The notes under the pieces: model-generated | Database searches by the model: none | What the model was told of the DNA's origin: nothing | The model's input: the letters and a program-made list of their open reading frames with translations, nothing else | Shown: positions 46,527-55,263 of the stretch, piece after piece | Layout of the letters: each line of letters opens with the position of its first letter | How positions within the stretch are numbered: the stretch's first letter is position 1 | NCBI GenBank assembly: GCA_026709815.1 | Contig: JAPOSH010000055.1 | Coordinates: forward strand, 4,363-68,362 | DNA length: 64,000 nt | Direction: 5' to 3' | Origin: a bacterium | GTDB taxonomy: Bacteria; Actinomycetota; Acidimicrobiia; Acidimicrobiales; Bin134 | Position numbers and translations under genes: made by a program

Positions 46527-47765
46527 GTGAGCGAGCGCTCAGAGGACACCCCGGAACAAGCGGCCTTCCGAGCAGAGGTGCGGGCCTGGCTGGCGGCCCG
46601 CGCGCCCCTGCGGGAAAACGGTGACGGTTGGTCCACCCGCACCACCCACGCCGATGCCGAGGCCGAGAAGGCTCACATGGACCGCTGCCGGGCATGGCAG
46701 AGAGAGCTGTACGACGGCGGATGGGCCGCCATCGACTGGCCGGTTGACCAAGGCGGCCGGGGCGGCGAGCGCTGGCAACAACAGACCTTCCAGCAAGAGG
46801 CCGCCCGATTCGACGTCACCAGCGGCTTCCTCGCCGCCGGCATTGCCTTGGCCGGCCCGGCCATCGGGCGCTTCGGCGCCGACGAGCAGAAAGCCCGTCA
46901 CCTCAAGCCGATGCTGCGGGGGGAAGCAGTGTGGTGCCAGCTCTTCAGCGAGCCCGGCGCCGGGTCGGATCTCGCCAACCTCTCGACGAGGGCCGAGCGG
47001 GACGGCGACGAGTTCGTGGTGAGCGGGCAGAAGGTGTGGAACTCCTCAGCCCACCTGTCGGACTGGGGAATCCTGTTGGCCCGCACCGACCCAGACGCTC
47101 CCAAGCACAAGGGGATCACTTTTTTCCTGCTGGACATGGCCACACCGGGCGTGGACCCTCGTCCCATTCGAACCATCAACGGGTCGGCCCATTTCAACGA
47201 AGTGTTCTTGAGCGATGTGCGGATCCCCGCCGACAACGTGGTCGGCGAGGTGAACCGCGGCTGGGCGGTGGCCCGGCTGGTGTTGGCCAACGAGTCGACC
47301 ATGATCGGCGGCGGCATGGACCGGGTCGACAGCGCGGCCAACCTGATCGCCCTGGCCCGGCGATGGGGCGCAGCCCAAGATCCCATGGTTCGCCAGAAAC
47401 TGGCCCAGGCCTACACCAAAGAACGGCTGCTGGACTGGATGGGGCGACGGATGCAAACAGATGTGCGACGGGGTCGGCAGCCTGCTTTCGACGGCTCGGT
47501 GCTGAAGGTGTACTGGTCGGAAAGCCGCCGTGATCGGGGCAACCTCGGCGTAGGAATGCTCGGGGGCTACGGGGTGGCCGGTGATCACGCCGACACCGAG
47601 GTGTGGGCCAACGAGGCGCTGAACCGGTTCTGGGGGTCGATCGGAGGGGGCACCGACGAGGTGCATCGCAACAACATGGCTGAGCGGGTGCTCGGTTTGC
47701 CCCCCGAGCCACGGGTGGACAAGAGCGTGCCGTGGCGGGAACAAGTGGGCGGCCCGATCAAATGA
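46527..47765 (+). CDS. acyl-CoA dehydrogenase family protein
   Basis: TPEQAAFRAEVRAWL..., GEAVWCQLFSEPGAGSDLA, DEFVVSGQKVWNS and GGGTDEVHRN are ACAD patterns. Start at the GTG at 46527 (the track TTG at 46485 is possible). Confidence 0.85.
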   Translation: MSERSEDTPEQAAFRAEVRAWLAARAPLRENGDGWSTRTTHADAEAEKAHMDRCRAWQRELYDGGWAAIDWPVDQGGRGGERWQQQTFQQEAARFDVTSGFLAAGIALAGPAIGRFGADEQKARHLKPMLRGEAVWCQLFSEPGAGSDLANLSTRAERDGDEFVVSGQKVWNSSAHLSDWGILLARTDPDAPKHKGITFFLLDMATPGVDPRPIRTINGSAHFNEVFLSDVRIPADNVVGEVNRGWAVARLVLANESTMIGGGMDRVDSAANLIALARRWGAAQDPMVRQKLAQAYTKERLLDWMGRRMQTDVRRGRQPAFDGSVLKVYWSESRRDRGNLGVGMLGGYGVAGDHADTEVWANEALNRFWGSIGGGTDEVHRNNMAERVLGLPPEPRVDKSVPWREQVGGPIK

Positions 47766-47822
47766 CTCCCCTCCCGGACGAGCGGTGGCCGGTGGCGGTG
47801 ACAGCAGTAGGGTGGATGCAGC

Positions 47823-48422
47823 ATGGCTGACCAAGCCAAATTCGCCGATCAGGCCATGGTCTATATGGACCAGCTCTACTCGGCCGCCCGGCGGATGACC
47901 CGCAACCCCGCCGACGCTGAGGATTTGGTGCAGGAAACCTATCTGCGAGCCTATCGGGGCTTCGGCAACTTCCAGGAGGGCACCAACCTGCGGGCATGGC
48001 TGTTCCGCATCCTCACCAACGCATTCATCAACTCCTATCGGAGCAAGCAGCGCAAGCCGAAGTCTGTGGATCTGGCCGGTGTCGAAGATCTCTATCTCCA
48101 CCAGCGGCTGGGGGGCGACACCAAAGCCGTCTTGGGCGCTAGCGCCGAAGACGTGCTGATGGACTCGATCACCGAGTCGGAAATCGTGGAAGCACTGGAG
48201 TCGCTGCCCGAGGAGTACCGGATCACTGTGCTTTTGGCCGATGTGGAGGGCTTTGCCTACAAGGAGATCGCCGAAATTCTGGACGTGCCCATCGGCACGG
48301 TCATGAGCAGGCTCCATCGGGGAAGAAAAACGCTGCAAAAGCGGTTGTTGGAGTTCGCCAGAGCAAGAGGCTGGGTGGATCCATCCGGCCCCGACCGAGC
48401 GCCGGCGCAGGCTGGCATCTGA
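47823..48422 (+). CDS. ECF sigma factor (SigH/SigR-like)
   Basis: 199 aa. Region 2 [20 protein letters not shown] and region 4 [29 protein letters not shown]. Followed by a ZAS-like anti-sigma gene. Confidence 0.85.
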   Translation: MADQAKFADQAMVYMDQLYSAARRMTRNPADAEDLVQETYLRAYRGFGNFQEGTNLRAWLFRILTNAFINSYRSKQRKPKSVDLAGVEDLYLHQRLGGDTKAVLGASAEDVLMDSITESEIVEALESLPEEYRITVLLADVEGFAYKEIAEILDVPIGTVMSRLHRGRKTLQKRLLEFARARGWVDPSGPDRAPAQAGI

Positions 48423-48439
48423 TTTCCGGAGGCACTGAG

Positions 48440-48724
48440 ATGAGAAGCGATCAGCGTTGCCGAGGAATCCCCAACCAGTGCGACTTCTCACGCCAGCTCA
48501 TTGCCCGGGCCTTGGACGGCCAACCCACTGTGGATGCCATCAGCCAAGTGCGAGCCGAGTTGGAAAGCTGCCTGCCCTGCGCTCAGATACTCGATGTGGA
48601 GGTGCGGTTCAAGCTGGCCATGAGCCAAGCATGCCGGGAATCGGCCCCCGCCTCTTTGCAGATCCGCATCACTGAGACCTTCCAGCGAGTCGTCCTCGAC
48701 GATTTGGACGTTGAAGACCTCTGA
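48440..48724 (+). CDS. ZAS-type anti-sigma factor (RsrA/RshA-like) with ExxxCxxC instead of HxxxCxxC
   Basis: 94 aa. It aligns by eye to RsrA (CDFSRQL... / ...RAELESCLPC...). Three Cys are conserved, but the position of the zinc-ligand His is Glu. Confidence 0.7.
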   Translation: MRSDQRCRGIPNQCDFSRQLIARALDGQPTVDAISQVRAELESCLPCAQILDVEVRFKLAMSQACRESAPASLQIRITETFQRVVLDDLDVEDL

Positions 48725-48792
48725 GCGGCACGCCACGAGACCCCCGCCGGTCCGGCATGGAGTCTTGCCAAACCGGGCACTAGGGTGACCCC

Positions 48793-48960
48793 ATGGATTT
48801 AATCGCGGCGGTGGTGTGGCATTGGTGGATCGCCCTGTTGTTGGTCATCGGAACGGTTCCCCTGGTCATCGCCACCATTGTCGGCTACTTCACCAAAGTG
48901 GTCGCCCCCCGCTACAACAGTCGGCACCGGCGGGAAACCAGATCTCAGCAGTCTGAATAA
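48793..48960 (+). CDS. small (55 aa) single-pass membrane protein, not in ORF track
   Basis: My translation: MDLIAAVVWHWWIALLLVIGTVPLVIATIVGYFTKVVAPRYNSRHRRETRSQQSE*. One hydrophobic helix plus a basic tail, with GC-rich third positions. It is below the track length cutoff. The overlapping minus ORF 48799..49071 looks like a shadow. Confidence 0.4.
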   Translation: MDLIAAVVWHWWIALLLVIGTVPLVIATIVGYFTKVVAPRYNSRHRRETRSQQSE

Positions 48961-48978
48961 AGGCGACGGGAATATCGG

Positions 48979-50061
48979 GTGGTTGAAGCAGACGATCTCG
49001 TCGATTGGCGACTGGCCGAGCGAGTAGCGAAGAAGGTCGGCGGTCACGAGCCGTTCATCGACTCCTATCACTATCGCCGTCTCGCCCCAGAGCTAACCGA
49101 GCTCACCGCTCAGGCGGAGGAGATGGTGGCAACCGAGACGGGGCTGAAGTCGATGGCGGGGAATGCCCGGGCCCAGGTGACCACTCGGGCCGGATGGGTG
49201 GACGCCAACGTGGCTTCTTTCCAGCGGTTGCTGCGCCCGGTGACCGACAAGATGGCCGAGCGGCTTTCACGCTCGTGGTTTGCCCCCATGGCCCAGCGGG
49301 TGGGCGGCACAGAGATGGGAGCGGTGTTGGGCTGGATGTCCACCCGGGTGCTGGGTCAGTACGACATGCTGATCATCGAGGACGACCGGCCCGAGGACCA
49401 GGACATGGTGTACTACGTGGGCCCCAACGTGATGGCCCTCGAGCACAAGCACGGTTTCGACCCCCGACAATTCCGACTGTGGCTTGCCTTGCACGAGACC
49501 ACCCACAGGGCGCAGTTCACGGGCATCGAGTGGCTGCGACCCCACTTTCTGGGCCTCGTGCGAGACGCCCTCCAAGCGGCCGAGCCCGACCCCGAGCACT
49601 TCAAGCAAGTAGCCCGACAGGTGATTGAAGCTCGCCGCCGGGGCGATGAGCTGCTGGCCGATGGGGGCGTTCCCGCGCTGTTGGCCACTCCGGAGCAGAA
49701 GGCGGTGCTCGACCGCATCGGTGGCATGATGAGCTTGCTCGAGGGCCACGGCGACGTCACGATGGACCGCGCCGGCGCCGAGGGCATCCCCGATGCCGCT
49801 CACTTCGCCCGAGTGCTGCGCCATCGGCGCAATTCGGCGCGGGGGATGGCCAGGCTGATTCAGCGAGTCATCGGCATCGAAGCCAAACTCAACCAATACG
49901 CTGCGGGGGAGGCGTTCATCGAAGCGGTCGAGACCCGAGGCGGTCCCGAACTCCTGAACCGGGTGTGGGAATCGCCTGAGAAGCTGCCCACTATGACTGA
50001 GATCCGCAATCCTCAGCAATGGGTCGACCGTATCAACGCCGTCCCGGCGAGGGCCGGCTGA
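48979..50061 (+). CDS. zinc-dependent metalloprotease (DUF2342-like, HExxH)
   Basis: 360 aa. LALHETTHRAQF is an HExxH motif. Located immediately upstream of tilS, an arrangement I recall from other Actinobacteria. Confidence 0.75.
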   Translation: MVEADDLVDWRLAERVAKKVGGHEPFIDSYHYRRLAPELTELTAQAEEMVATETGLKSMAGNARAQVTTRAGWVDANVASFQRLLRPVTDKMAERLSRSWFAPMAQRVGGTEMGAVLGWMSTRVLGQYDMLIIEDDRPEDQDMVYYVGPNVMALEHKHGFDPRQFRLWLALHETTHRAQFTGIEWLRPHFLGLVRDALQAAEPDPEHFKQVARQVIEARRRGDELLADGGVPALLATPEQKAVLDRIGGMMSLLEGHGDVTMDRAGAEGIPDAAHFARVLRHRRNSARGMARLIQRVIGIEAKLNQYAAGEAFIEAVETRGGPELLNRVWESPEKLPTMTEIRNPQQWVDRINAVPARAG

Positions 50062-50141
50062 GCGCATCGGCTGGCGGGCGTTCTGGCTCTGTCGGTTCGC
50101 CGACCCGCGGCCGCATCGACCGACGCTTCGCACTACATCCG

Positions 50142-51002
50142 ATGATTCCCGCTCTGCTGGCCCGCTGCACTTTCCCCCCGCCGGGCACCGCAGTGGACTG
50201 CGCAGTGTCGGGCGGACCGGACTCGCTGGCCCTGCTGGTACTGGCCGCAGAAGCCGGCTGCTCGGTGACCGCCTGGCACGTGGACCACGGCCTGCGGCCC
50301 GGCTCGGCTCTCGAAGCCGACGTGGTGGCTGCGGCCGCGGCCCGTTGGGGTGCGGCCTTCGAAGCTCGCGCCGCGCACTGCGACCCCGGCCCCAATCTGG
50401 AAGCCCGAGCCCGCCAAGCCCGTTATGGGGTACTCCCCCGAGGGGTGCTCACCGGCCACACCGCCGACGACCAAGCCGAGACGGTGCTGTTGAACCTCAT
50501 CCGGGGGGCAGGTCCAGACGGCCTTGCCGGCATCGGCCCGGCACGGCGCCCGTTGCTGGGCCTGCGGCGACGCGAGACCCAGACGTTGTGCAAGACCCTC
50601 GGTCTAGAACCGGTTCAAGACCCATCCAACCTCGACCCTGGCCACCGCCGCAACCGCATCCGCCACGAGCTGTTGCCGCTGCTCTGCGACATTGCCGACC
50701 GCGACGTGGTGCCGATCATCGCCCGGGGTGCAGGCTTGATGGGCGGCATCCGCGACCTCCTCGGCCAATTGGCCGAGGCCATCGATCCCACCGATGCCAA
50801 AGCCGTGGCCCAAGCTCCCGCTCCGCTGGCCCAGATGGCACTGCGCCGGTGGATCCAGCGAGAGACCGGCGCCGAACATCCACCCGATGGCGCCGCCATT
50901 GGACGCGCCATGGCTGTCGCCCGCAATGAAACTCGATCGGCGGAAATTGGCGGTGGCTGGCGAATCGCTCGATCTTCCCAACGGCTCGGCTTGAAAAGAT
51001 AG
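50142..51002 (+). CDS. tilS: tRNA(Ile)-lysidine synthase TilS
   Basis: Start at the ATG at 50142 (MIPALLARC...). PP-loop AVSGGPDSLALLVLA, then HVDHGLRPGS and GHTADDQAETVLLNLIRG. Confidence 0.85.
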   Translation: MIPALLARCTFPPPGTAVDCAVSGGPDSLALLVLAAEAGCSVTAWHVDHGLRPGSALEADVVAAAAARWGAAFEARAAHCDPGPNLEARARQARYGVLPRGVLTGHTADDQAETVLLNLIRGAGPDGLAGIGPARRPLLGLRRRETQTLCKTLGLEPVQDPSNLDPGHRRNRIRHELLPLLCDIADRDVVPIIARGAGLMGGIRDLLGQLAEAIDPTDAKAVAQAPAPLAQMALRRWIQRETGAEHPPDGAAIGRAMAVARNETRSAEIGGGWRIARSSQRLGLKR

Positions 51003-51021
51003 CCAGAACTAGGTTGGCGAC

Positions 51022-51579
51022 GTGTCCAGCGAGGCGGAGACCGGCAACGGCGACCCCGGGCCGATTCTGATCTCCGACGATGAGCTGGCGGCCTGCATCA
51101 CCGAGCTCGGATCGCGCATCACCGCCGACTACCAAGGCCGGGCACCGCTGATGGTGGGAGTTCTCAAAGGCGCCTTCATGTTCATGGCCGATCTGGCCCG
51201 GGCCATCGAGCTGCCGGTGGAGTTCGATTTCATGGCGGTGTCTTCCTATGGCAGCTCAACCCGGACCAGCGGGGTGGTGCGGATCGTCAAAGATCTCGAC
51301 CTCGACCTCGCCGGGCGTGACGTGATCCTGGTGGAAGACATCATCGACAGCGGCCTGACCCTCAACTACCTCCGCAAAAACCTCGCCGCTCGCAACCCTG
51401 CCACCCTGGAGGTGTGCGCCCTGCTCGTTCGCAAGGGCCGCCAATACGAAGATCTCGATCTGCGCTATGTGGGCTTCGAGATCCCACCCGACTTCGTGGT
51501 CGGCTACGGCCTCGATGTTGGCGAGCGCTACCGCCAACTTCCCCACATCCGCCAATATCAGCCCAATGGAAACTCATAA
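51022..51579 (+). CDS. hpt: hypoxanthine phosphoribosyltransferase
   Basis: 185 aa. VILVEDIIDSGLTLNYL (PRPP loop), FVVGYGLD and YRQLPHI. Confidence 0.9.
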   Translation: MSSEAETGNGDPGPILISDDELAACITELGSRITADYQGRAPLMVGVLKGAFMFMADLARAIELPVEFDFMAVSSYGSSTRTSGVVRIVKDLDLDLAGRDVILVEDIIDSGLTLNYLRKNLAARNPATLEVCALLVRKGRQYEDLDLRYVGFEIPPDFVVGYGLDVGERYRQLPHIRQYQPNGNS

Positions 51580-51626
51580 TATAATTTGAAATACATCTTG
51601 ATTTGCTGATTGGGATGTGGCAGATT
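51580..51626 (+). promoter_or_regulatory. AT-rich gap with sigma-70-like hexamers upstream of Tad operon 2
   Basis: TATAATTTGAAATACATCTTGATTTGCTGATTGGGATGTGGCAGATT is by far the most AT-rich stretch nearby. TTGATT (51598-51603), 17 nt, then CAGATT (51621-51626) is a possible -35/-10 pair. Purely pattern-based. Confidence 0.25.
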
Positions 51627-51649
51627 GAGGTCATCGGCACCGCTCGACG

Positions 51650-52372
51650 GTGCCCATCCCAACCTATCGGGCACAAACCATGCCGATGGCAAGCGAGGAT
51701 CGCCGGCGCCAGCTTCCCTGGGTGGCGCTTGGGCTGACCGTCACCCTCACCGCCGCGATCATCTTCTCCCTCTGGGCATCCTCGCTCAGCAACCGGACCG
51801 CAGTGGCCGCAGCCGGGCGTGACATCCCCGCCGGATCGCCCATCGAGATCGATGATCTGCGGGCCGTTGAAGTGGCCGGCGGGCAAGGTGCGGGATTCGT
51901 ATCCATGGCTGATCTAGAGGCGGTCGTCGGACGCACCGCCCGGTCGGCCATTCCCGAGGGGGCGATCCTTCACCCCGGGTTGCTGTCAACCAACTCGCCG
52001 ATCGAGATGGGCATGGCGGTGGTCGGCGCCGTTCTCCATCCCGGTGAATACCCGATTGTGGGCCTCAGCTCCGGCCAGAGGGTCGGTGTGGTTATCGGCG
52101 TCGGCGGATACGGGTTCGACCCGCGGGATTCCGCCAGCTGGGACGCAACCTCGAACACGTCGGCCCGGTCCCCCAAAGCCACGGTCGCTGAAGTGAGCGA
52201 GTTGTCGGATGCAAGCCGGGGGGCGCTCTTCGTGTCGCTCTTGGCCTCCGCAGACGAAGCCGTGCTCATTGGCAAAGCCGCCGCAGCAGACGAGTTGCGG
52301 CTGATCCTGCTGCCTGGAGAACCTCACCGGGCCAACAGAGCGCCTGAGGCAGTGGCTAGAGCAGGCCAATGA
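51650..52372 (+). CDS. SAF-domain protein (CpaB/RcpC-like pilus assembly protein)
   Basis: N-terminal TM (LPWVALGLTVTLTAAIIFSLW), then a SAF-like segment (AAAGRDIPAGSPIEIDDLRAVEV...ARSAIPEGAILHPGLL). The start is ambiguous (GTG 51650, ATG 51680 or ATG 51686). Confidence 0.65.
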   Translation: MPIPTYRAQTMPMASEDRRRQLPWVALGLTVTLTAAIIFSLWASSLSNRTAVAAAGRDIPAGSPIEIDDLRAVEVAGGQGAGFVSMADLEAVVGRTARSAIPEGAILHPGLLSTNSPIEMGMAVVGAVLHPGEYPIVGLSSGQRVGVVIGVGGYGFDPRDSASWDATSNTSARSPKATVAEVSELSDASRGALFVSLLASADEAVLIGKAAAADELRLILLPGEPHRANRAPEAVARAGQ

Positions 52373-53115
52373 GCATCATCGCCGTGGGGAGTGTGAAGGC
52401 CAGTCCTGGAGTCACCACTTTGTCGGTGGGGCTGGCAATGTCATGGGCCCCGGTCGCCGGGCGAGGCGCGGTCCTGATCGAAGCGGACGCAGACGGCGGT
52501 GTTCTAGCGGCGCGTTTCGGGCTAGCCCCAGCACCCTCGCTGATCGAACTCTCTGCAACGGCCCGACACGAGCTGACCACCGACCGCATCCAAACCAGCT
52601 GCCAGCTGCTGGCGGGCACATTGCCCACCCTCGTTGCCCCTGGGTGCGGCGAGACCACTACTGCGGTGCTCACCCCGCTGGCCCGACGGTTGGGCGAGGG
52701 GCTCGGGCACCTCGGCGAAATCGATGCCGTGGTGGACGTCGGACGCGTGCGGGTTGGCTCCCCCGCGGGCGATCTGGTCAAACGCTGCGACTTGCTGCTG
52801 CTCGTCGCCCGCCCCCGGTTTGACCAACTCGTCCCCCTGGTCCATCAGGCTCGCCGGGTGGTCGCCCAAAACATTCCAACGGCGCTGGTTTGCGTCGGCG
52901 ACCGGCCTTATCCCCCGACGGAGATGGCCAAGGCATCCCAACTCAACCTCTTGGGCGTGATCGCTCATGAGCCCAAGATGGCTCAGACCTTTGAGCGCGG
53001 CCTGTCAGGCGACCAGCGCCATCGCCGGTTGCTGCTGTGGAGAACCCTGGCTGAGCTGGTTCGCCGAATTCAATTCCGCTTGCCCGCCGGCGCCGGCGGA
53101 CGGGAGGCGGCGTGA
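52369..53115 (+). CDS. ParA/MinD-fold protein with degenerate P-loop (TadZ/Ssd-like)
   Basis: 248 aa. IIAVGSVKASPGVTTLSVGLA occupies the place of KGGxGKT, so both lysines and the glycine pair are lost. EADADGG and later VVDVGRV keep the ParA layout. ATGA overlap with the upstream gene. Confidence 0.6.
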   Translation: MSIIAVGSVKASPGVTTLSVGLAMSWAPVAGRGAVLIEADADGGVLAARFGLAPAPSLIELSATARHELTTDRIQTSCQLLAGTLPTLVAPGCGETTTAVLTPLARRLGEGLGHLGEIDAVVDVGRVRVGSPAGDLVKRCDLLLLVARPRFDQLVPLVHQARRVVAQNIPTALVCVGDRPYPPTEMAKASQLNLLGVIAHEPKMAQTFERGLSGDQRHRRLLLWRTLAELVRRIQFRLPAGAGGREAA

Positions 53116-54392
53116 TGGCTTGTCCGGTGGTGAACCGAGTGCTGAATATGGTCACCCAAAGACTCGAGCAGGCCGAGACCGGCCAACCCGGGAGCCGACT
53201 CGAACAGAAGGCCTTAGCAGGGCAATTCCTCCTCGAGGCTCTCGATGTCATAGCCACCGAAAGAACCAGAGCGTTTCTCCCTCCGATAGACAGCGACGAA
53301 GAGCTGCGAATCACCGACGAGGTATTGGCCATCTTGTTCGGATTGGGGCCGCTAGAGCGATTGCTAGCCGACGAGTCCGTTGAGAACATAAACATGAACG
53401 GCTGTGACACGGTTTGGGTTCACCATGCTGATGGCACCAAACGCAAAGTCGATCCGCTCGTTGAATCAGATGATGAGTTGATCGCCCTCATACGCAAAGC
53501 AGCTGCTCATTTGGGTCGCAACGAACGGCGTTTTGACATCGCCAATCCGTTCCTAGATCTGCGACTACTGGATGGATCTCGCCTCAACGCAATCATGGAA
53601 GTATCCGAACGACCAGCAGTCTCCATCCGCCGCCATCGGCATCAGCGGGTCACCTTGGACAACCTCCACGATCTCGGCACCATAGACGGTTGTCTCCGTG
53701 GTTTTTTAGAGGCAGTGGTAAAAGCTCGAATGAGCATCATCGTATGCGGAGGGACGAACGCCGGAAAAACAACCCTCCTGCGGGCGCTTCTGAATGCTTG
53801 TGACCCGAACGAGCGGCTGATTACAATTGAAGATCGGTTAGAGCTATACCTGACTGCTGACAAACCGCGGCACCACGATGTAATCGAACTAGAAACTCGC
53901 ACCGCCAACATTGAGGGAACCGGCGAGATAACCATGCAGCAGCTGGTGCGAAACGCTCTGGCTATGTCACCGGACCGACTCATTGTAGGAGAAGTGCGAG
54001 GCGCTGAAGTCGTGGACATGCTCGCGGCGCTGTCAACCGGAAATGACGGATCGATGTGTACCATTCATGCCAACTCCTCCCAAGCAGCGTTCAGCAAGAT
54101 CGCCACTTACGCCTTGCGATCAACAGAGCGCATCCCTATTGAAGCCATCAACCGCATGATCGCGGAGAGTATCAACTTCGTAACCCACATAGTCAAAGAC
54201 CATCTGGGCCACCGCCGTGTGGTCTCAGTGCGAGAAGTTACGGGAAACCGGGCTGGAGAAGTGAGCAGTGTCGAAGTGTTCGCCGCCGAGAGATCACCTA
54301 AAAACTCTGGATTGCAACCCTGCACTCGAGATCGGTTGATCAATGTGGGATTCGACCCCGCGTCTCCAATGATGAAAGATGACGTAAAATGA
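53112..54392 (+). CDS. CpaF/TadA-family secretion ATPase (long form)
   Basis: 426 aa. VENINMNGCDTVWVHH, Walker [64 protein letters not shown] overlap with the upstream stop. Confidence 0.9.
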   Translation: MMACPVVNRVLNMVTQRLEQAETGQPGSRLEQKALAGQFLLEALDVIATERTRAFLPPIDSDEELRITDEVLAILFGLGPLERLLADESVENINMNGCDTVWVHHADGTKRKVDPLVESDDELIALIRKAAAHLGRNERRFDIANPFLDLRLLDGSRLNAIMEVSERPAVSIRRHRHQRVTLDNLHDLGTIDGCLRGFLEAVVKARMSIIVCGGTNAGKTTLLRALLNACDPNERLITIEDRLELYLTADKPRHHDVIELETRTANIEGTGEITMQQLVRNALAMSPDRLIVGEVRGAEVVDMLAALSTGNDGSMCTIHANSSQAAFSKIATYALRSTERIPIEAINRMIAESINFVTHIVKDHLGHRRVVSVREVTGNRAGEVSSVEVFAAERSPKNSGLQPCTRDRLINVGFDPASPMMKDDVK

Positions 54393-55261
54393 CTATGTTG
54401 GTGGGAGCGCTGCTCGGTACCGCAATGGGCTGCGGTGCCTTTGGTGCCCTCATAGGCTGGCGCGGTGTACCGCAGAGATCGGAAGTCCGCTCGCTAGGAA
54501 CCCGAACGCAACGACAACAACACGCCATTGCACCAGTGCTTCGCCCGATTGCAGCAATTGCCAGCGCCGCGGTCGCAATAGGGGCAACTGGGTGGCCCGT
54601 TGCCGGGTTCATTGCGGGCATAGCCGGATTCGCGATGCCGACGGCATTCAAAGCCAAGATGGACCGCAACCGAGAAATAGATCGCATGACGGCTCTGGCT
54701 ACCTGGATAGAAATGGTGCGAGATACCGCCAGCGCGACATCAGGATTGATTGAGGCGCTGAAAACAACAGCGGTGTCGGCGCCAACTGTCGTGCGCGTTC
54801 CTGTACGACAGCTTGCTGCCCGAGCAGAACGGGAATCCCTGCCAAAGGCATTAGCAAAGTTCGCCGAGGAGATGGACCATGCAGTTGCTGACTCCATTGT
54901 GGCAACTCTTGGGCTTGCAGCCGCTAATCAGATCGGCTCATTACAAGAACATTTGGCTGAAATTGCCGAGAGCACTCGCCAAGAGGTTTCGATGCGCCTG
55001 CGAATAGAAACCTCCCGAGCTCGTCAATTCACTTCTGCCCGTTTCATCGCAAGCATTGTGGCAATATTCTCCGCGGGAATGGTATTATTTAGCAGACCAT
55101 ACTTGTCACCATTTGATACCCTATTGGGGCAGGTTATTCTTGCAATTATCGGCGGTCTTTTTCTCGGATCGGGAATTGCTCTCGTAAGAATGAGTCGTTT
55201 CAACAGTCCGCCTCGTATTCTCAATCTAACCGGCACTCCGATCACCATCGATGAACGATAA
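54389..55261 (+). CDS. type II secretion system F-family membrane protein (TadB-like)
   Basis: 290 aa with N- and C-terminal TM blocks flanking a cytoplasmic helical domain. ATGA overlap with the ATPase gene, in Tad gene order. Confidence 0.7.
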   Translation: MTMLVGALLGTAMGCGAFGALIGWRGVPQRSEVRSLGTRTQRQQHAIAPVLRPIAAIASAAVAIGATGWPVAGFIAGIAGFAMPTAFKAKMDRNREIDRMTALATWIEMVRDTASATSGLIEALKTTAVSAPTVVRVPVRQLAARAERESLPKALAKFAEEMDHAVADSIVATLGLAAANQIGSLQEHLAEIAESTRQEVSMRLRIETSRARQFTSARFIASIVAIFSAGMVLFSRPYLSPFDTLLGQVILAIIGGLFLGSGIALVRMSRFNSPPRILNLTGTPITIDER

Positions 55262-55263
55262 CA

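Noticed and set aside
48969-48990. A GGGAAT...GTT motif as a SigH/SigR-type promoter upstream of the metalloprotease gene.
   Set aside because: The spacing between GGAAT and GTT is about 8 nt, not the 18-19 nt of SigR/SigH promoters. No such promoter was seen upstream of trxB or trxA either.
48799-49071. The 90-aa minus-strand track ORF.
   Set aside because: It overlaps the start of the metalloprotease gene and the better-looking 55-codon plus-strand membrane ORF. Its composition looks like a shadow frame.
51636-51654. A hairpin (GGCACCG-ctcga-CGGTGCC) after hpt as a terminator.
   Set aside because: No U-tract follows it, and it overlaps one of the candidate starts of the SAF-domain gene. 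Its role is ambiguous.
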